Part shown: positions 42,783 through 55,988 of the stretch, piece after piece | Position numbering within the stretch: the first letter of the stretch is position 1 | Layout: each line of letters opens with the position of its first letter | NCBI GenBank assembly: GCA_964016885.1 | Contig: OZ024745.1 | Location: 50,406,001 to 50,470,000 of the forward strand | Direction: 5' to 3' | DNA: 64,000 bases | From: Eledone cirrhosa | Taxonomy: Eukaryota | Position numbers and translations under genes: made by a program | Notes under the pieces: model-generated | Seen by the model: only the letters and a program-made list of their open reading frames with translations | Database searches by the model: none | Told to the model about the DNA's origin: nothing

Positions 42783-42859
42783 AATGCAAGGGGAAGAGAG
42801 AGAGAGAAAGATGACAATGCAAGGGGAAGAGAGAGAGAGAAAAATATGACAATGCAAGG

Positions 42860-42931
<72 letters not shown>

Positions 42932-43005
42932 GACAATGTAAGGGTGAGAGAGAGAGAGAGAGAGAGAAAAATATGACAATGCAAGGGGAAGAGAGAGAGA
43001 GCGGG
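42295..43005. repeat. Compound minisatellite: TGACAATGCAAGGGGAA units separated by variable (GA)n
   Basis: About 17 copies of a 17-bp unit (TGAC/GAATGCAAGGGGAA) with (GA)n spacers of differing length. Confidence 0.95.
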
Positions 43006-43604
43006 AGAGAGAGAGATAAAGTTAAAGCATGATTTATTTCTTTACGTATTTGTTTGTTTACGTATTCATGTACTTCTTAATTGTTAGCACCTTTCGTAAA
43101 GAGTTTTCGTAAGTAAAGGTGAACCTGTGAGTGTCCCTGGGGAAAATGCTGTTTGGTAACAGCCGTAAGAGAGAGCGAACCGTAACTGAACAGTTTCAAT
43201 CTCACAACCAGGCAAGCAGCCAGCAGTCAGCAGCCAGTAGCCACCCAGTAAAGCCACCCAGCTAATACGCCTCACCACCACCACCACCCCACCATTCCAT
43301 TCATTCATTCATTGAGGTTGGGCGTTCGGTCGCTCGTTTATTGAAGTGTTACGGCGGCGGCGATGGCGGCGGCGGTGGTGGCACCAGGCCCGGGCCACCG
43401 TCTACCATATTTTCACTTCCCAAACTTTGTTTCCGGCGTGGTGATGGATGGATGGATGAATGGATGGATGGATGGTGGCTGGGTTTCCTTTTACTCACCC
43501 GCCATCCACCGCCATCAACACCACTACCGCCACCCACCTCCACCAACTATCCACCCTTCGCCGCCACCATCATTGTCACCAATAACACACCATTCATCAC
43601 TATC

Positions 43605-43860
43605 AAACACCACCACCATCTATCACCAACACCACCACCACCATCTATCACCAACACCACCACCACCATCTATCACCAACACCACCACCACCATCTATCA
43701 CCAACACCACCACCGCCATCTATCACCAACACCACCACCACCATCTATCACCAACACCACCACCACCATCTATCACCAACACCACCACCACCATCTATCA
43801 CCAACACCACCACCACCATCTATCACCAACACCACCACCACCATCTATCACCAACCCCAC
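43605..43860. repeat. 24-bp minisatellite (caccaccaccaccatctatcacca-type unit)
   Basis: About 10 tandem copies. Confidence 0.93.
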
Positions 43861-44213
43861 CACCAACAATACCACCCATAAGCATCACCGCCGCTACCGC
43901 CATCATCTACCTCCACCAGCAACACCCCTGCCGTCACCATCACCATCACCTCCTATATATATATTATATTACTAAAATCATATAAATATATGTATGTGTT
44001 TATACATATACATACGCACACCATATCAATTATATTACATATCTAATTGTATATGGACAAAATGTGTGTATATGTATATACATACATATGTGTCTGTGTG
44101 TGTGCGTCTCGTCTGCTCATTTGTAACACTCCCTCCCCCTTCCACTATTTATGTAGCAGCTCAGCTTACCTCTGTATTGTATGTGTTTGTACCGTATATA
44201 TATGTATATATAC

Positions 44214-44248
<35 letters not shown>

Positions 44249-44855
44249 GTAATAATAATAAAATGGATGACTAAAATCGAAAGAGGGCTCGATAAGGATA
44301 AATATATATCAAATATATAAGAACCGTAGAGCAAATATTTATTAAAATAACAGATTAAAGTTTAAGCAAAGAATCGCTGCTTTCACCCTTAACGTATATA
44401 TGTATATATAAATGAAAAGTATAGAAATTATTATGATAATGATAATGATAATGAAATTATTGTGTACAGTGCTCAGGTGCACTACAACTCATCAAAGGTG
44501 CATGTATAGTACATAGAATAATGTACAAATGTCAGGAAAATGAACAGTGTATGAGTCATGATATAATAATAATAACAATAATGAAATATTGTGTACAGTG
44601 CCCAGGAGCACCACAACTCATCAAAAAAGTGCATGTACAGTACATAGGGCAATGCACAAACATATATATGAATATATATATATGTTTACAAACAAACCGA
44701 ACATTATAATAAATGTTCGGTAAACCCATGCGTACATATATATATGTGTGCATGTATGTATATATATATATACATACTACTGTACGTCTGTATACATATA
44801 TGTATGTACGTATACATACTTATATTTATATATGTATATATATATATATATGTGA

Positions 44856-44898
<43 letters not shown>

Positions 44899-44922
44899 TA
44901 AGTATATATTATATGTGTATAG

Positions 44923-44977
<55 letters not shown>

Positions 44978-46139
44978 GCATATATTATATATGTATATGT
45001 GTATATATCTATATATATATATGTTCATGCTTTGATACCACTAACTTCATCTTTCTCTCCCCCTTCTTTTAATTTTCTTTCTCTTTCTCTTTCTTTCTTC
45101 ATGTATATATATATATATATATATATATTTGCGTGTTCTCCCCCTGTCATTAGTACCACCACTAGATCCCCCTCCCACAACATAAACACCTCACCTCTGC
45201 TGGTCTTTGTTCAACATTTACTATTAACAACCTGTAATAAATGTTTACAGCTAACCTATGCTGTGTGTGTGTGTGTGTGTGTTGTGCGTGTGTCTTTGTG
45301 TGTGTGTGTTGTGCATGTGTCTTTGTGTGTGATTATGTGTATGGGGCGATGTTTGTATATTATTCTTTTACTACTTTCACTCATTAGACTGCAGCCCTGC
45401 TGGGGCAGGTATGTATGTATGTATGTATGTATGTATGTATGTATGTATGTATGTCGGGTCACTCTTGAGTGCTACTGGTAACATGTAACCCAGTACAACC
45501 TGTCACATGGTCGGGTCGTTGGCGACTAAACCGGCAACCCCACCAAGTTTACTTGGTGAGGAGGGGGATTTTGGACACCCTGCAGGACAAAAAACAAAAC
45601 CTGACAAAGGGTAGAAGAACTCATAATAGTCAACGGCCATCCAAAAGTGTGTAAATATGTATATATATTCACACGTACCGCACGGTTAAACCACTGGGAG
45701 TGAAGGACCCCTAGCCTGTGTCAGGACATTCTTCTAGGAGAAGGCAACTCAGGAAACTGGGATAACTCTGATATAAAACATGCAGCTCAGTAGTTACCGA
45801 TGATGTTGATCTTTTCTTCTTTCCGGGTTATAGCTAGTCGCTCAGAGAGTGGGATTGGCTCAGTGCACAGTTTTTCCTCACTTTAAAAAATATCTTCACG
45901 CACAGGCATTGCACGATAGAATTAATTAATTGTTTCTACTTTTGGCACAAGTACAGCAATTATGCCAGTGTATTACTGGTACTTTATTTTATCGACCCCG
46001 TAAGGATGAAAGGCAAAATTAACCTCGGCGGGATTTGAACTCAGATCATAGAATTAATTAATAATTAATAATAATGGTATATCGTGCAATGGCCATACTC
46101 GATAACAAGGGGGCAGCCATCATCATGTATGTATGTATG

Positions 46140-46340
46140 TCATGTAGGTGTTATGACAAAAAGCACCCAGCACACACTGTAAATGTGGTTGACATTAGGA
46201 AGGGCATCCAGCCGTAGAAACCAAGCCAAAATTAGTTCTGTGTGAGCAAAACACAGCCCACTGACCTGATCTCTTATGAAGGGACAACCCGTCCTACCCA
46301 TGCCAGCATGGAAAATGGACGTTAAATGATGATGATGATG
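46140..46340 (+). mobile_element. SINE-like dispersed repeat with (GAT)n tail (other copies at ~2940-3130, 41445-41545, 49660-49995, 57350-57740, 62155-62560, 63170-63410)
   Basis: Shared ttaggaagggcatccagccgtagaaacc...cccatgccagcatggaaaatggacgttaaatgatgatgat. Confidence 0.6.
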
Positions 46341-47396
46341 TGTGTTTATGTGTAAATATATGTGTGTATTTGTGTGTGTGTATGTGTGTGTGTGTATGTA
46401 TATGTGTGTATGTGACATGGCTGCCCTTTGAATTATAAGTGCAACACATTTTGCCAGCTGAGTGGACTACATAAAATTGTTGTTGTTGTTATTTAGCCCT
46501 TATTCAGTCCTGATCCAGCACACCTATGATTCTATGATCAAAGATATTCCAGCCATAACCTATCAGTTTATTTCATCTATATCTATCTAGATACATCTAG
46601 TTTGGCAACAAGTTGAGATTAGACAAATACTGTCTATAAAAATGAAAATGAAATTTACAGCTTCACAGGTTTAGCTGGCCTCCTACAAGACTGCACCTTT
46701 TACATGGCCTCCACCCCAATAATCATATTTTTCTCCCCAAACTATCAAAACACACATCTATTTGTATATATGTTACAATTTATGTACATATTATGTTTGT
46801 CACATATAGAAGTTTTTTTATATCTTTATATCTTGGTTGATATTTGATAATAACAACTAAACTAATCACTGCAACTAAAGTGACAAAATTTGCACCCCCT
46901 CCCCCCAATTCAGAAATGCTTGTACCGCTTAGGAGGTTTCTTGGATATTTAATGAAAAGGGCTCCCAGTTTTATTATGTTGTTATTACGTCTCACAACTA
47001 TGCACGTTTAGCTGGCCTCCCACAAGACTATCTCCTAGGAGGTTTCTTATATATTTAATAAGAGGCCCCAGATTTGTCATGCTGTCACAGCTCACAGCTA
47101 TGTAGGTTTAGCTGGTCTCCTATGAGGTACAACATTGTAGGAGGTTTCTTGGATGTTTAATGATAGGGGCCCCAGTTCTAATCATGTTGGACTGCATCTC
47201 AAAGGAGATTTCTTAGTTGTTTTATTAATAGGGGTTTCAGTCTAACCATTAAAAGCAACATGAAATGAAGTATGTTGTTCAAGAGCACAAGTCCAGGAAT
47301 CAAACCTGTGACTTTAATATCATGAGTCCAACTCTTTGACCACTAGACCACTGTCAATAAAATGGGATATTTGAGAAAGAAATTCTTCTGACTTAC

Positions 47397-47629
47397 CTCA
47401 CTTTCTTCACGTTGTTCTTCTTCCACCTCCGTTACTTCAGGTTCTGGTGGTGGAAGTTCTCTCTGTATTCTCTCTTCCCGAAGACGTGCCTCTAACTTTA
47501 GGAATGCTAGCTTCCTTGCCTTGAATACAGATTCCAGTAGTGCATCAGTAATTCTGCACACTAGTCTATTGGTGTTTACTTCCTTCTTCACACTCTCCAT
47601 CAACCATGGAATAAAACCATCTTCAATAT
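47397..47629 (-). CDS. RSPH3: RSPH3 coding exon 6 (probably not the last exon)
   Basis: 233 nt: DIEDGFIPWLMESVKKEVNTNRLVCRITDALLESVFKARK...EESE, matching the RSP3 DIE.GF.PWLM motif. Acceptor ttcag, strong donor GAG|gtaagt at 47396. Confidence 0.93.
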
Positions 47630-47962
47630 CTGAACAATAACAAAAACAGATGAAAACAAAAGCAAAACATTAAATATTATCATCATCATCATCATCATAC
47701 TTTGGTAATATAACTAACTTTCTCATTATTAATTTAGTGATTGGCAAACTTGAAGGTTCTTACATAAAATTATGATGGAAGGTTTTTAGATAAATCTAAA
47801 CAATTTAACAGTCACCACCACCAAATTCGTTAAGTTTAGTTATATTGCTAAATCCCTCCAAATTCTTGCTTATTTTCAGATATATATATTTGAAAATCAT
47901 ATGCAATGTCTTTCATTAGTAATATGGTAATGAAATGGTTAAATCAAAGCAGATGTATTTAC

Positions 47963-48125
47963 CTTTCTCAACTGGATCATAGAAATAGCCATTGTCTGAA
48001 AGCATTGCGAAGACAGTAGGAACGAGATCTCTGAGGTAACTTTGGGCAAATGCCATGGCAGAAATCTTATCTGCTATTTCCTTTTCTTTTTTCATTACTG
48101 CAACCTGTTGCAGCATTCTCATCTC
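47963..48125 (-). CDS. RSPH3: RSPH3 coding exon 5
   Basis: 163 nt: EMRMLQQVAVMKKEKEIADKISAMAFAQSYLRDLVPTVFAMLSDNGYFYDPVEK. Acceptor catcag, donor G|gtaaat (phase 1). Confidence 0.96.
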
Positions 48126-48339
48126 CTGATGAAACCAAAGATAAAGTAGTAGGAAATGGAATGTCAACATAACACTTTTTCAAGAATTAATGTGGTTAAC
48201 CATTTGTTGTTAGTGTTGTAGTTGTTGTTGTTATTGTTGAACCCCCACACATACACACACACAATGATGATGATGATGATAATGATATATATATGCCTGT
48301 GTATGTATGTGTGAATGAGTTTGTGAGTATGCATGTATT

Positions 48340-48398
<59 letters not shown>

Positions 48399-49321
48399 GT
48401 GTGTGTGTGTACTGGAAATATTCTTTTAAAGTTTTAATGTTGCAAAAACATTAACTTATTTCAATGGCCTAGTTACATCATCTGATCATGATCTAAGACT
48501 TTGGCAATGTCATCAGGTATGGATTGCAAAGTTAGTTGATCGATAGCAGGATTATGGTAAGCACAACCAGAGAATAGGAGCGAAAGAATAGATTTGATTC
48601 AGAAATGGCCTGCCAATTTAGTATTATTGTTGTGGCAAAGTATCTCTAAATGGCAAATATTCAGCAATGCTAAGCATTGTAGGTTGGTAGGTATGACCAA
48701 GGTGGTGGGGGTTGTTTAGTAGTAACAGAAATTTTGCTGTCCTCAGTTAATATATATGTGTATGTGTGAAGGCTTAGTGGTTAGTGTTGGGCTTGCGATT
48801 GGGAGATTGTGAATTTGATTCTCAGACTGGGGGATATGTTGTTTTCTTGTTGCTCTAGTTTACTCAGCTATAGAAATGAGTTACAACGTCATTGGTGCCA
48901 AGCTGTATCGGCCATTGCCTTTCCCTTGGACAACATTGGTGGCATGGAGAGAAGTGTCTGCTGGTCTTCCACTAACAATCTTGCCCGAACTTGTGCTTTG
49001 GAAGGGAACTTTCTAGGTGCAAATCCCATTGTCATTCATAACCAAAGGGGGGTCTTTACCCTTACTCTATATAGATATATACATATACATGTCATAAGAA
49101 CAAAAAATTATGGGGAGCAGGGAAGTCGATTATGTCGATACCAATACTAGACGGTACATTATTTTATCTACTTCAGAATGAGGAAAGGCAAAGTTAACTT
49201 TGGGGGAGGATTTGAACTCAGAATGTAGATAACAAAAACAAAACAAATACTGTTAAGTATTTGTCCAAATGTCTGCCAATCCATTGCTCTTATTAGAACA
49301 GAAACAATAGCAAAGCTTTAC

Positions 49322-49525
49322 CTTTTCTTCGACTCTTCTTCTGTTCTGTTCCTCTAGTCTTTGTTGTTCTGCCAATTCAGCATTCCTTAACTCAATATAC
49401 TGACGTTGTTGCATCCTTAAATTTGCCAACTCCTCCTCCTCTAAGACCTCTATCAATGACTGTTCAATGGTTTTACCAACTAGAACTTCCAGGATTGGTT
49501 TCACTTCCATATTGAAGTCAAATAA
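49322..49525 (-). CDS. RSPH3: RSPH3 coding exon 4
   Basis: 204 nt: LFDFNMEVKPILEVLVGKTIEQSLIEVLEEEELANLRMQQRQYIELRNAELAEQQRLEEQNRRRVEEK, the conserved amphipathic-helix region of RSP3. AG/GT boundaries, phase 0/0. Confidence 0.97.
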
Positions 49526-50350
49526 CTTGTACAAGGAGAAATCATAGAAATAGATGTTAAAATACTAAGATATATATCAGCTATATTTTACATCATTCTT
49601 AACATATTGACATATATAATGTTTCTATAGTAAAATACTGCTGTAGACAACAATGCACCTAGTACACTCTGTAAAGTGACTATTGTTAGGAAGGTCATTC
49701 AGCCATAGAAACCATGCTGAATACAGGGTTAGGAGAACTCTTAGTGTCAAAAACATGACAATCTTTCTTGTGTTGATGCCACAATAAAATGCTCCTAGTA
49801 CACTTTGCAATATAATTGGTGATAAGAAAGGCATCCAGCGGTAGAAACCATGCCAAACCCAGAACACATGTAAGCAAGACATGACTCCTGGGAAATCTTG
49901 GAGGACTGTAGCTCCAATAGCGTACTGATTTGGTCTGTGGCAACCTATCCAATCCATGCCAGCATGGAAAAATGGATCTTGAACAATTATGAGGATGATA
50001 TATATCCTAGGGTTAGTTATCTTTCAACGACGAGGTAAAAATCTTCAAAATGCATAAAGATAATCTTGGACGCTTTTCTGTGTACAGAGGAATAGACGAG
50101 AGTATTTACACTTCATATTTTTCATAGCAAAGGCTTTAAAATGTAATTATATCTACATTAAATTTACAGTAAATTTACTATAAATATTTGAATTAACAAG
50201 CCTGTTTTTATATATTTTTTAGTAAATCATTAGAGAATGTTAAAAGTTGATATTGTAAAATGTTTACAACAATCCGTCCACTAATAAAGATACTATAGGC
50301 ATTTGAATTTCTAAATATCCTCTACTAAACAAGTTAAAGATGAGACCTAC

Positions 50351-50638
50351 CTCATTAGGTAATATCTGAGTGCCCACATCAACCCCAGTTTTAGTTGGTA
50401 TATATAAAGGTGTTGGGGGGCGATCTAGGAAATAATCAGTTTGTATCTCCACATCAGCTTCTTCCACGCGGTCAAATATTTCTTCAAGATACAGTTCGGT
50501 TTGTACATCAATGTGTTTACGTCCAGGAACTGGTTCCGGGGTCAGCCTCTCAAATTGCTCTTTAGCACGTCTTCTTGCATTAGCTCTTCTCTTGGTCTCT
50601 TGTAGGCGTTGGGCCTCCAGAGGATCTGGCTGAACTTG
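50351..50638 (-). CDS. RSPH3: RSPH3 coding exon 3
   Basis: 288 nt: QVQPDPLEAQRLQETKRRANARRRAKEQFERLTPEPVPGRKHIDVQTELYLEEIFDRVEEADVEIQTDYFLDRPPTPLYIPTKTGVDVGTQILPNE. Boundaries ttacag / gtaggt. Confidence 0.97.
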
Positions 50639-50714
50639 CTGTAAAATTAAGAAACATAACTAATTAATTAACACAAATTTATATATTCATTACTGCCAAC
50701 TGGCAATTAATTGG

Positions 50715-50987
50715 CAGTCATTAGTATGTCAGATTAATAAATTGGTAGAGTCATTAACATGGCATATTAATAAATTGGTAGTCATTAGCATGTCAGATTA
50801 ATATAGGGACAGTCATTAGCATGTCAGATTAATATATCAGCAGTCATTAGCATGTGAGATTAATATATTAGCAGTCATTAGCATGTGAGGTTAATATATT
50901 AGCAGTCATTAGCATGTGAGATTAATATATTTGCAGTCATTGGCATGTGAGGTTAATATATTAGCAGTCATTAACACATGAGATTAA
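50715..50987. repeat. Intronic ~30-bp minisatellite in RSPH3
   Basis: gcagtcattagcatgtgagattaatatatta, about 8-9 diverged copies. Confidence 0.9.
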
Positions 50988-51084
50988 ATGCCTCAGTATT
51001 TTTTTCTGACACACAAATTCTTAGTTCCAATCTTGCCAAGGTCAACTTTGTCTTTCATTCTGTTGGTGGAATTGTTAATGAGTT

Positions 51085-51648
51085 AGAACCTGATCCAACT
51101 GTGAGTAAATTCTGCCTCCTTCTGCCAGGAGTTGATACTGACAGATAGTATCAGCAATGAAACACTGTTTCCTTGGTCTGACCTGATGATCAGCTCCTTT
51201 CTTCAGCCAAGAGTTGCTACTAAGAGATAGTATCAGCAATGGGAAGACGAATGGAAAACTTGTGTTTATGGTTGGATTTGATGATTTGGCTCCTTCTGCT
51301 GAGGGTTGCAACTGACAGATATCAGCAATGGAAAAACTAATGGAAACTTTGTTTACTTAGTTTGATCTAATGATTGGCCCCTTTTTCAGCCAAGAATTGT
51401 GTCTGACAGATAATATCAGCAATGGAAAGACCAAAGGGAACATAGTTTCTTTGGTCCAATCTGACAATCAGCTCCTTTCTTCTGCCAAGAGTTGCAACAA
51501 ACAGGGTGTATCAGCAATGGAAACATTGTTTCCTTAGTCTGATCTGATGATCAGCTTCTTTCTTTTGCCAGAATGTGTGATATCAGCAATGGGAAGATCA
51601 ATGAAAATATTCTTTTCTTGGCCTGATGTGATGATCGGCTCCTTTCCT
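51085..51648. repeat. Intronic diverged ~80-95-bp tandem repeat in RSPH3
   Basis: About 6 units sharing atcagcaatgg..a...tctgatgatcagctcctttcttc.gccaagagttg. Confidence 0.8.
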
Positions 51649-52471
51649 ATTTCATATATATTTTGACCTTCTCACTTACTTTTGGGATGTTTCCATACAG
51701 GTGTTCTTTTGTCATGTGTTGCTGCCACACACATCAAGGACCACACATAGCATTCTTCTATAGCAACCACTGTGTCTCTTTTCCGGTCATTTCATAAGTG
51801 TCCATGTCTTGCTTCAGTAAGTGGGAAGATCAGAATGTTAACTCTGTCTATCAGGATTTTGTACACAACATCCAGAAGAGAAATGTATTTATGTATGTGT
51901 GCATTTGTGTATGTATATGTGTTTATATATGTATGTGCAGGGACATAGAAATATTCAGATTGGTGTCTGAGTGTGCAGTAAGCTCCCTGCAAGTAAGAGA
52001 TCCTGGAACCTCATATAGATATCTCTTTAGGAGAGGGAAACTCTGATGTAAAACCTGTGACTCAATAGTAACTGATGATATTTATCTGTTCTTCTTTTCA
52101 TATTATTGCTGTTGCTGCTCCACGAGTGGGATTGGTCCAATGCAAAACCTGTCCTCACTATAAAAACTTCACACACAGGCATCACTTGATATCAAGGGAA
52201 CTTTGAATGATGTGAATGGTTGGATTTGTTCGCAACACCCACATCACTCAAGCTGATGTCGTTTGAAAGCCATACTCAATCAAGGGGTGGCTGCCAATAT
52301 ATATGTATGTGTGTATATATAATTATTCTATGGTTTTCAAAATGTGATATAAAATAAAATAAAATAAAATAAAGCCTCAAAAGTATTTTGAAGCAAGACT
52401 ATACAGAATACAGTGTTATAGAGAATTAGTAAACAATAATGATATAAGGAAGATAACTGAGGAATACTCAC

Positions 52472-52553
52472 TGCAGGTATAGTACTAAGAGCATATGTGT
52501 TTCCACGTACCACTCGACGGTCATACATAATATTGCTGTACATAAGTACCTCC
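52472..52553 (-). CDS. RSPH3: RSPH3 coding exon 2
   Basis: Encodes EVLMYSNIMYDRRVVRGNTYALSTIPA, containing the hallmark RSP3 motif NIMYDRRV.RGNTYA. Acceptor ctccaag, donor gtgagt, and phases 2/0 fit the neighbouring exons. Confidence 0.95.
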
Positions 52554-52801
52554 CTTGGAGAAAATAAAAACGGAAAAAAAATATTGACAATATCATTGCA
52601 CCAGTAACAAGTGTTTTAATTACTAGTCAAGTAGCATTAAATAAAAAGCCCACATTATATTAACCACAACTCCAGCATTCCAATCTAATAATAGGTATTT
52701 ACAATGGTAGAATTACTTTTTATGGTTGTTTCTGTGCACATAGAAGTGTGTGGTCAAGCACCAGCCCTATGATCCCATGGTAATTACTAGTATGTACTTA
52801 C

Positions 52802-52920
52802 TCAGGTGGTTGTGCTAACTGTTTGTCCTTGTATTTCTTACGATGAGACACCACCCTAGGTTGACTGGAGAATGTATAAGGTGGACCAGCCTCGGCACCA
52901 CTACGTCTCTGCTGTAACAT
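52802..52920 (-). CDS. RSPH3: Radial spoke head protein 3, coding exon 1 (ATG at 52920)
   Basis: Encodes MLQQRRSGAEAGPPYTFSSQPRVVSHRKKYKDKQLAQPP, resembling the RSPH3 N-terminal YT.S.PR motif. Acceptor tttcag lies just upstream of the ATG and donor GA|gtaagt is at 52801 (phase 2). Confidence 0.85.
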
Positions 52921-52975
52921 TGTCACAACCTGAAATTCTGAAAAGAAAAAAGATAAATTAATAAATATAAACAAA

Positions 52976-53016
<41 letters not shown>

Positions 53017-53603
53017 CATAATCGGAGAAAGCTAAAAGCGATACTCTGGCCAAATTCCAACTCACTCAACAAACATTAGGAAATACCTGAGTATATTCCC
53101 AATTAAAAGTTTGGGGTGCTAACTATATTGTATTGTGTGGATAATTGGCTGTATTATTTCATATAAGATATATCAAATATATCATTTCCCAGATGACTCG
53201 TTTCATTATAAGATTTCTACAAGTTGGGTGAAATTATACCAAGTTATGTAGAAGCTTGTATAAGATCAACAGATACTTATTCAAGTGGGCTCTTATAAAT
53301 CTTTAGTGGGTAGCCAATAACATTAATATTGAGAACTAAATCAACATCAATATTTAGCGATAATCACCATCAGTGCTTGAGGGGATTGCTAGGTTGTTAG
53401 TCCAGCAGTTCTAAAGAAAATCTCACACTGTCCTAAAAATGGGAGGAAGGAGGCTACCACCAAAAAACAATACATGCGCAGGTCGTTGAACTCTGACAAG
53501 AATTCAAGCCACGTGCTAAGAACTCAATTGGATGTGAAAAAATAACTATATGTGCGCATCGCTTTATGAAACATATAGATATTTTCTCGGGCAAGGTTTT
53601 TGA

Positions 53604-53724
<121 letters not shown>

Positions 53725-53811
53725 CACTCTCCTTTCCTAAGTATTGAGAGCTTAGCTGAAAATGGTCTTGCTAGTCTAAATTGCTAACTCCCAATCACTC
53801 TCTCTCTCTCT

Positions 53812-53879
<68 letters not shown>

Positions 53880-53954
53880 AACTACCATTTGTACTGCCTC
53901 TCTGTTTTTTGTTCCTGTCTAATATTTAACTATATATATATATATATATATATA

Positions 53955-54367
53955 TAAGATCAAAAGATGGTTAAATGAGTTCCATGTATTTTATTATGTG
54001 CATTTCAAAAACAAATATCATCATGCAATAATATTTGTGTTTTCATCAGATAAAATAGGAGGACATGATATGAAGGTTAAAAACACTTGAGGATAGTGCA
54101 GTTTTAAATCAACATATGTTGATTTAAAACTGCACTATCCACAAGTGTTTTTAACCTTCATATCATGTCCTCCTATTTTATCTGATGAAAACACAAATAT
54201 TATTGCATGATGATATTTGTTTTTGAAATGCGCATAATAAAATACATGGAACTCCTTTAACCATCTTTTGATCTTATATATTATGTATACTCCAGTCCTA
54301 CAAACTGTAGAGTGCTTCTTATCCGATATCTGCATTGCTTTATTGTACTACAATAAAACTCACCTCC

Positions 54368-54372
<5 letters not shown>
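53955..54372. mobile_element. Second copy of the palindromic hammerhead module
   Basis: Reverse complement of 40965-41390, flanked by (TA)n. Confidence 0.7.
54176..54242 (+). ncRNA. Minimal hammerhead ribozyme (inverted partner at 53989-54055 on the minus strand)
   Basis: Same family as 41290-41356: ttttat-CTGATGA...GAAA-tgcgca-TA-ataaaa. Confidence 0.75.
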
Positions 54373-54429
<57 letters not shown>

Positions 54430-54926
54430 AACATATAGATATATATATATAAAAATCTATATCTATAGTTACATGACTCTCCTACACTCACATATATATG
54501 TGTGTGCATTTATGTGTGTGTGTATATATATATATATACGGGATAACAAGTTATCATTGTAGGTAATCCACTTAGAGGTAGTCCAGTTAGAGTACTCCGT
54601 GTTGTGGATGGTTTTAACGTATGGCTTAGTTTGACTCAACAAGATGCTTCCATAGTGATGCAGTGAGTTCGCGGTGATTTCTATGTAGGTTATACTTGGA
54701 GTAATAATAATTCAAGAAAGAAGAGTAATATGGTTGGTTGTACATCAGAGCGTGTGGATATCCACGTGCTCTGATGTATTGACTGGTTGTAAACAAAGTA
54801 TTGGAGATCGATAAACGCAACATCAAGCGATTAGCGAGCTCTAGACCTACCAGATCAACGAAACAATTGTCAGCACTGTGAATAAAGCCGTTATTGTACA
54901 GCCAACCATGTTACTCTTCTTTCTTG

Positions 54927-54986
<60 letters not shown>

Positions 54987-55029
54987 AATGTGGAGAAGGA
55001 CCACACGAGTTAGGATATATATATATATA

Positions 55030-55823
55030 TATGAAAACAGGGAGAAAAAGACGATTATTAGGAAGAAAAATTTTTTTTTTCCTTTTAATTTTTTTCTTTT
55101 TTCTGGGTTAGAAAATGTTTAAAACAAAATATTTTACTTTGTGTGAAGTGTTAAGGTATTAGTTAATTTATTAATTAACAATGGCATTTATTTATTTGTT
55201 TATATATTTAATCATTGTCTATTACCGGTTTCAGCATTTTTATGCATTATCAAATGATACTAATATGTATTGGTGTAAAATAGTGATGTTGAACATGTTA
55301 AGGAAATGGTGAAGAAAGAATAATGTTATTTACAAACAAGGTTTTTGAAGTGGAAATAAAAAAGAAAAAAAAAAGGGGGGGGGGGGGGTTAATGTGGAAC
55401 ATAAGGCAATAGGAAAGAAAGAATAATATTATTTACAGGCATAGTTCTTGAAGATAAGCAGTTCAAAATGTGTTAATATAGAAAGAGTGTTTTTTTTTTC
55501 TTTTCACTTCAAAAACCTTGTTTGTAAATAACATTATTCTTTCTTCACCATTTCCTTAACATGTTCAACATCACCATTTTACACCAATACATATTATTAT
55601 CATTTGATAATGCATAAAAATGCTGAAACCGGTAATAGACAATTATTAAATATATAAACAAATAAATAAAGGCCATTGTTAATTAATAAATTAACTAATA
55701 CCTTAACACTTCACACAAAGTAAAATATTTTGTTTTAAACATTTTCTAACCCAGAAAAAAGAGAAAAAAATTAAAAGGAAAAAAATATATTTTTCTTCCT
55801 AATATTCGTCTTTTTCTCCCTGT

Positions 55824-55830
<7 letters not shown>
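55030..55830. repeat. Long inverted repeat (~330-bp arms) between (TA)n tracts
   Basis: 55030-55365 is the reverse complement of ~55495-55830. The arms contain TTGATAA-tgcat-aaaa-atgct-GAAACCGGTA. Confidence 0.85.
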
Positions 55831-55890
<60 letters not shown>

Positions 55891-55901
55891 ATATATATAT
55901 A

Positions 55902-55988
<87 letters not shown>

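Noticed and set aside
42295-43005. CRISPR-like repeat-spacer appearance
   Set aside because: The spacers are only (GA)n rather than unique sequences, the context is eukaryotic, and there are no cas genes.
43341-43985. His/Pro/Thr-rich 214-aa ORF
   Set aside because: It is produced by a 24-bp minisatellite and has no supporting gene structure.
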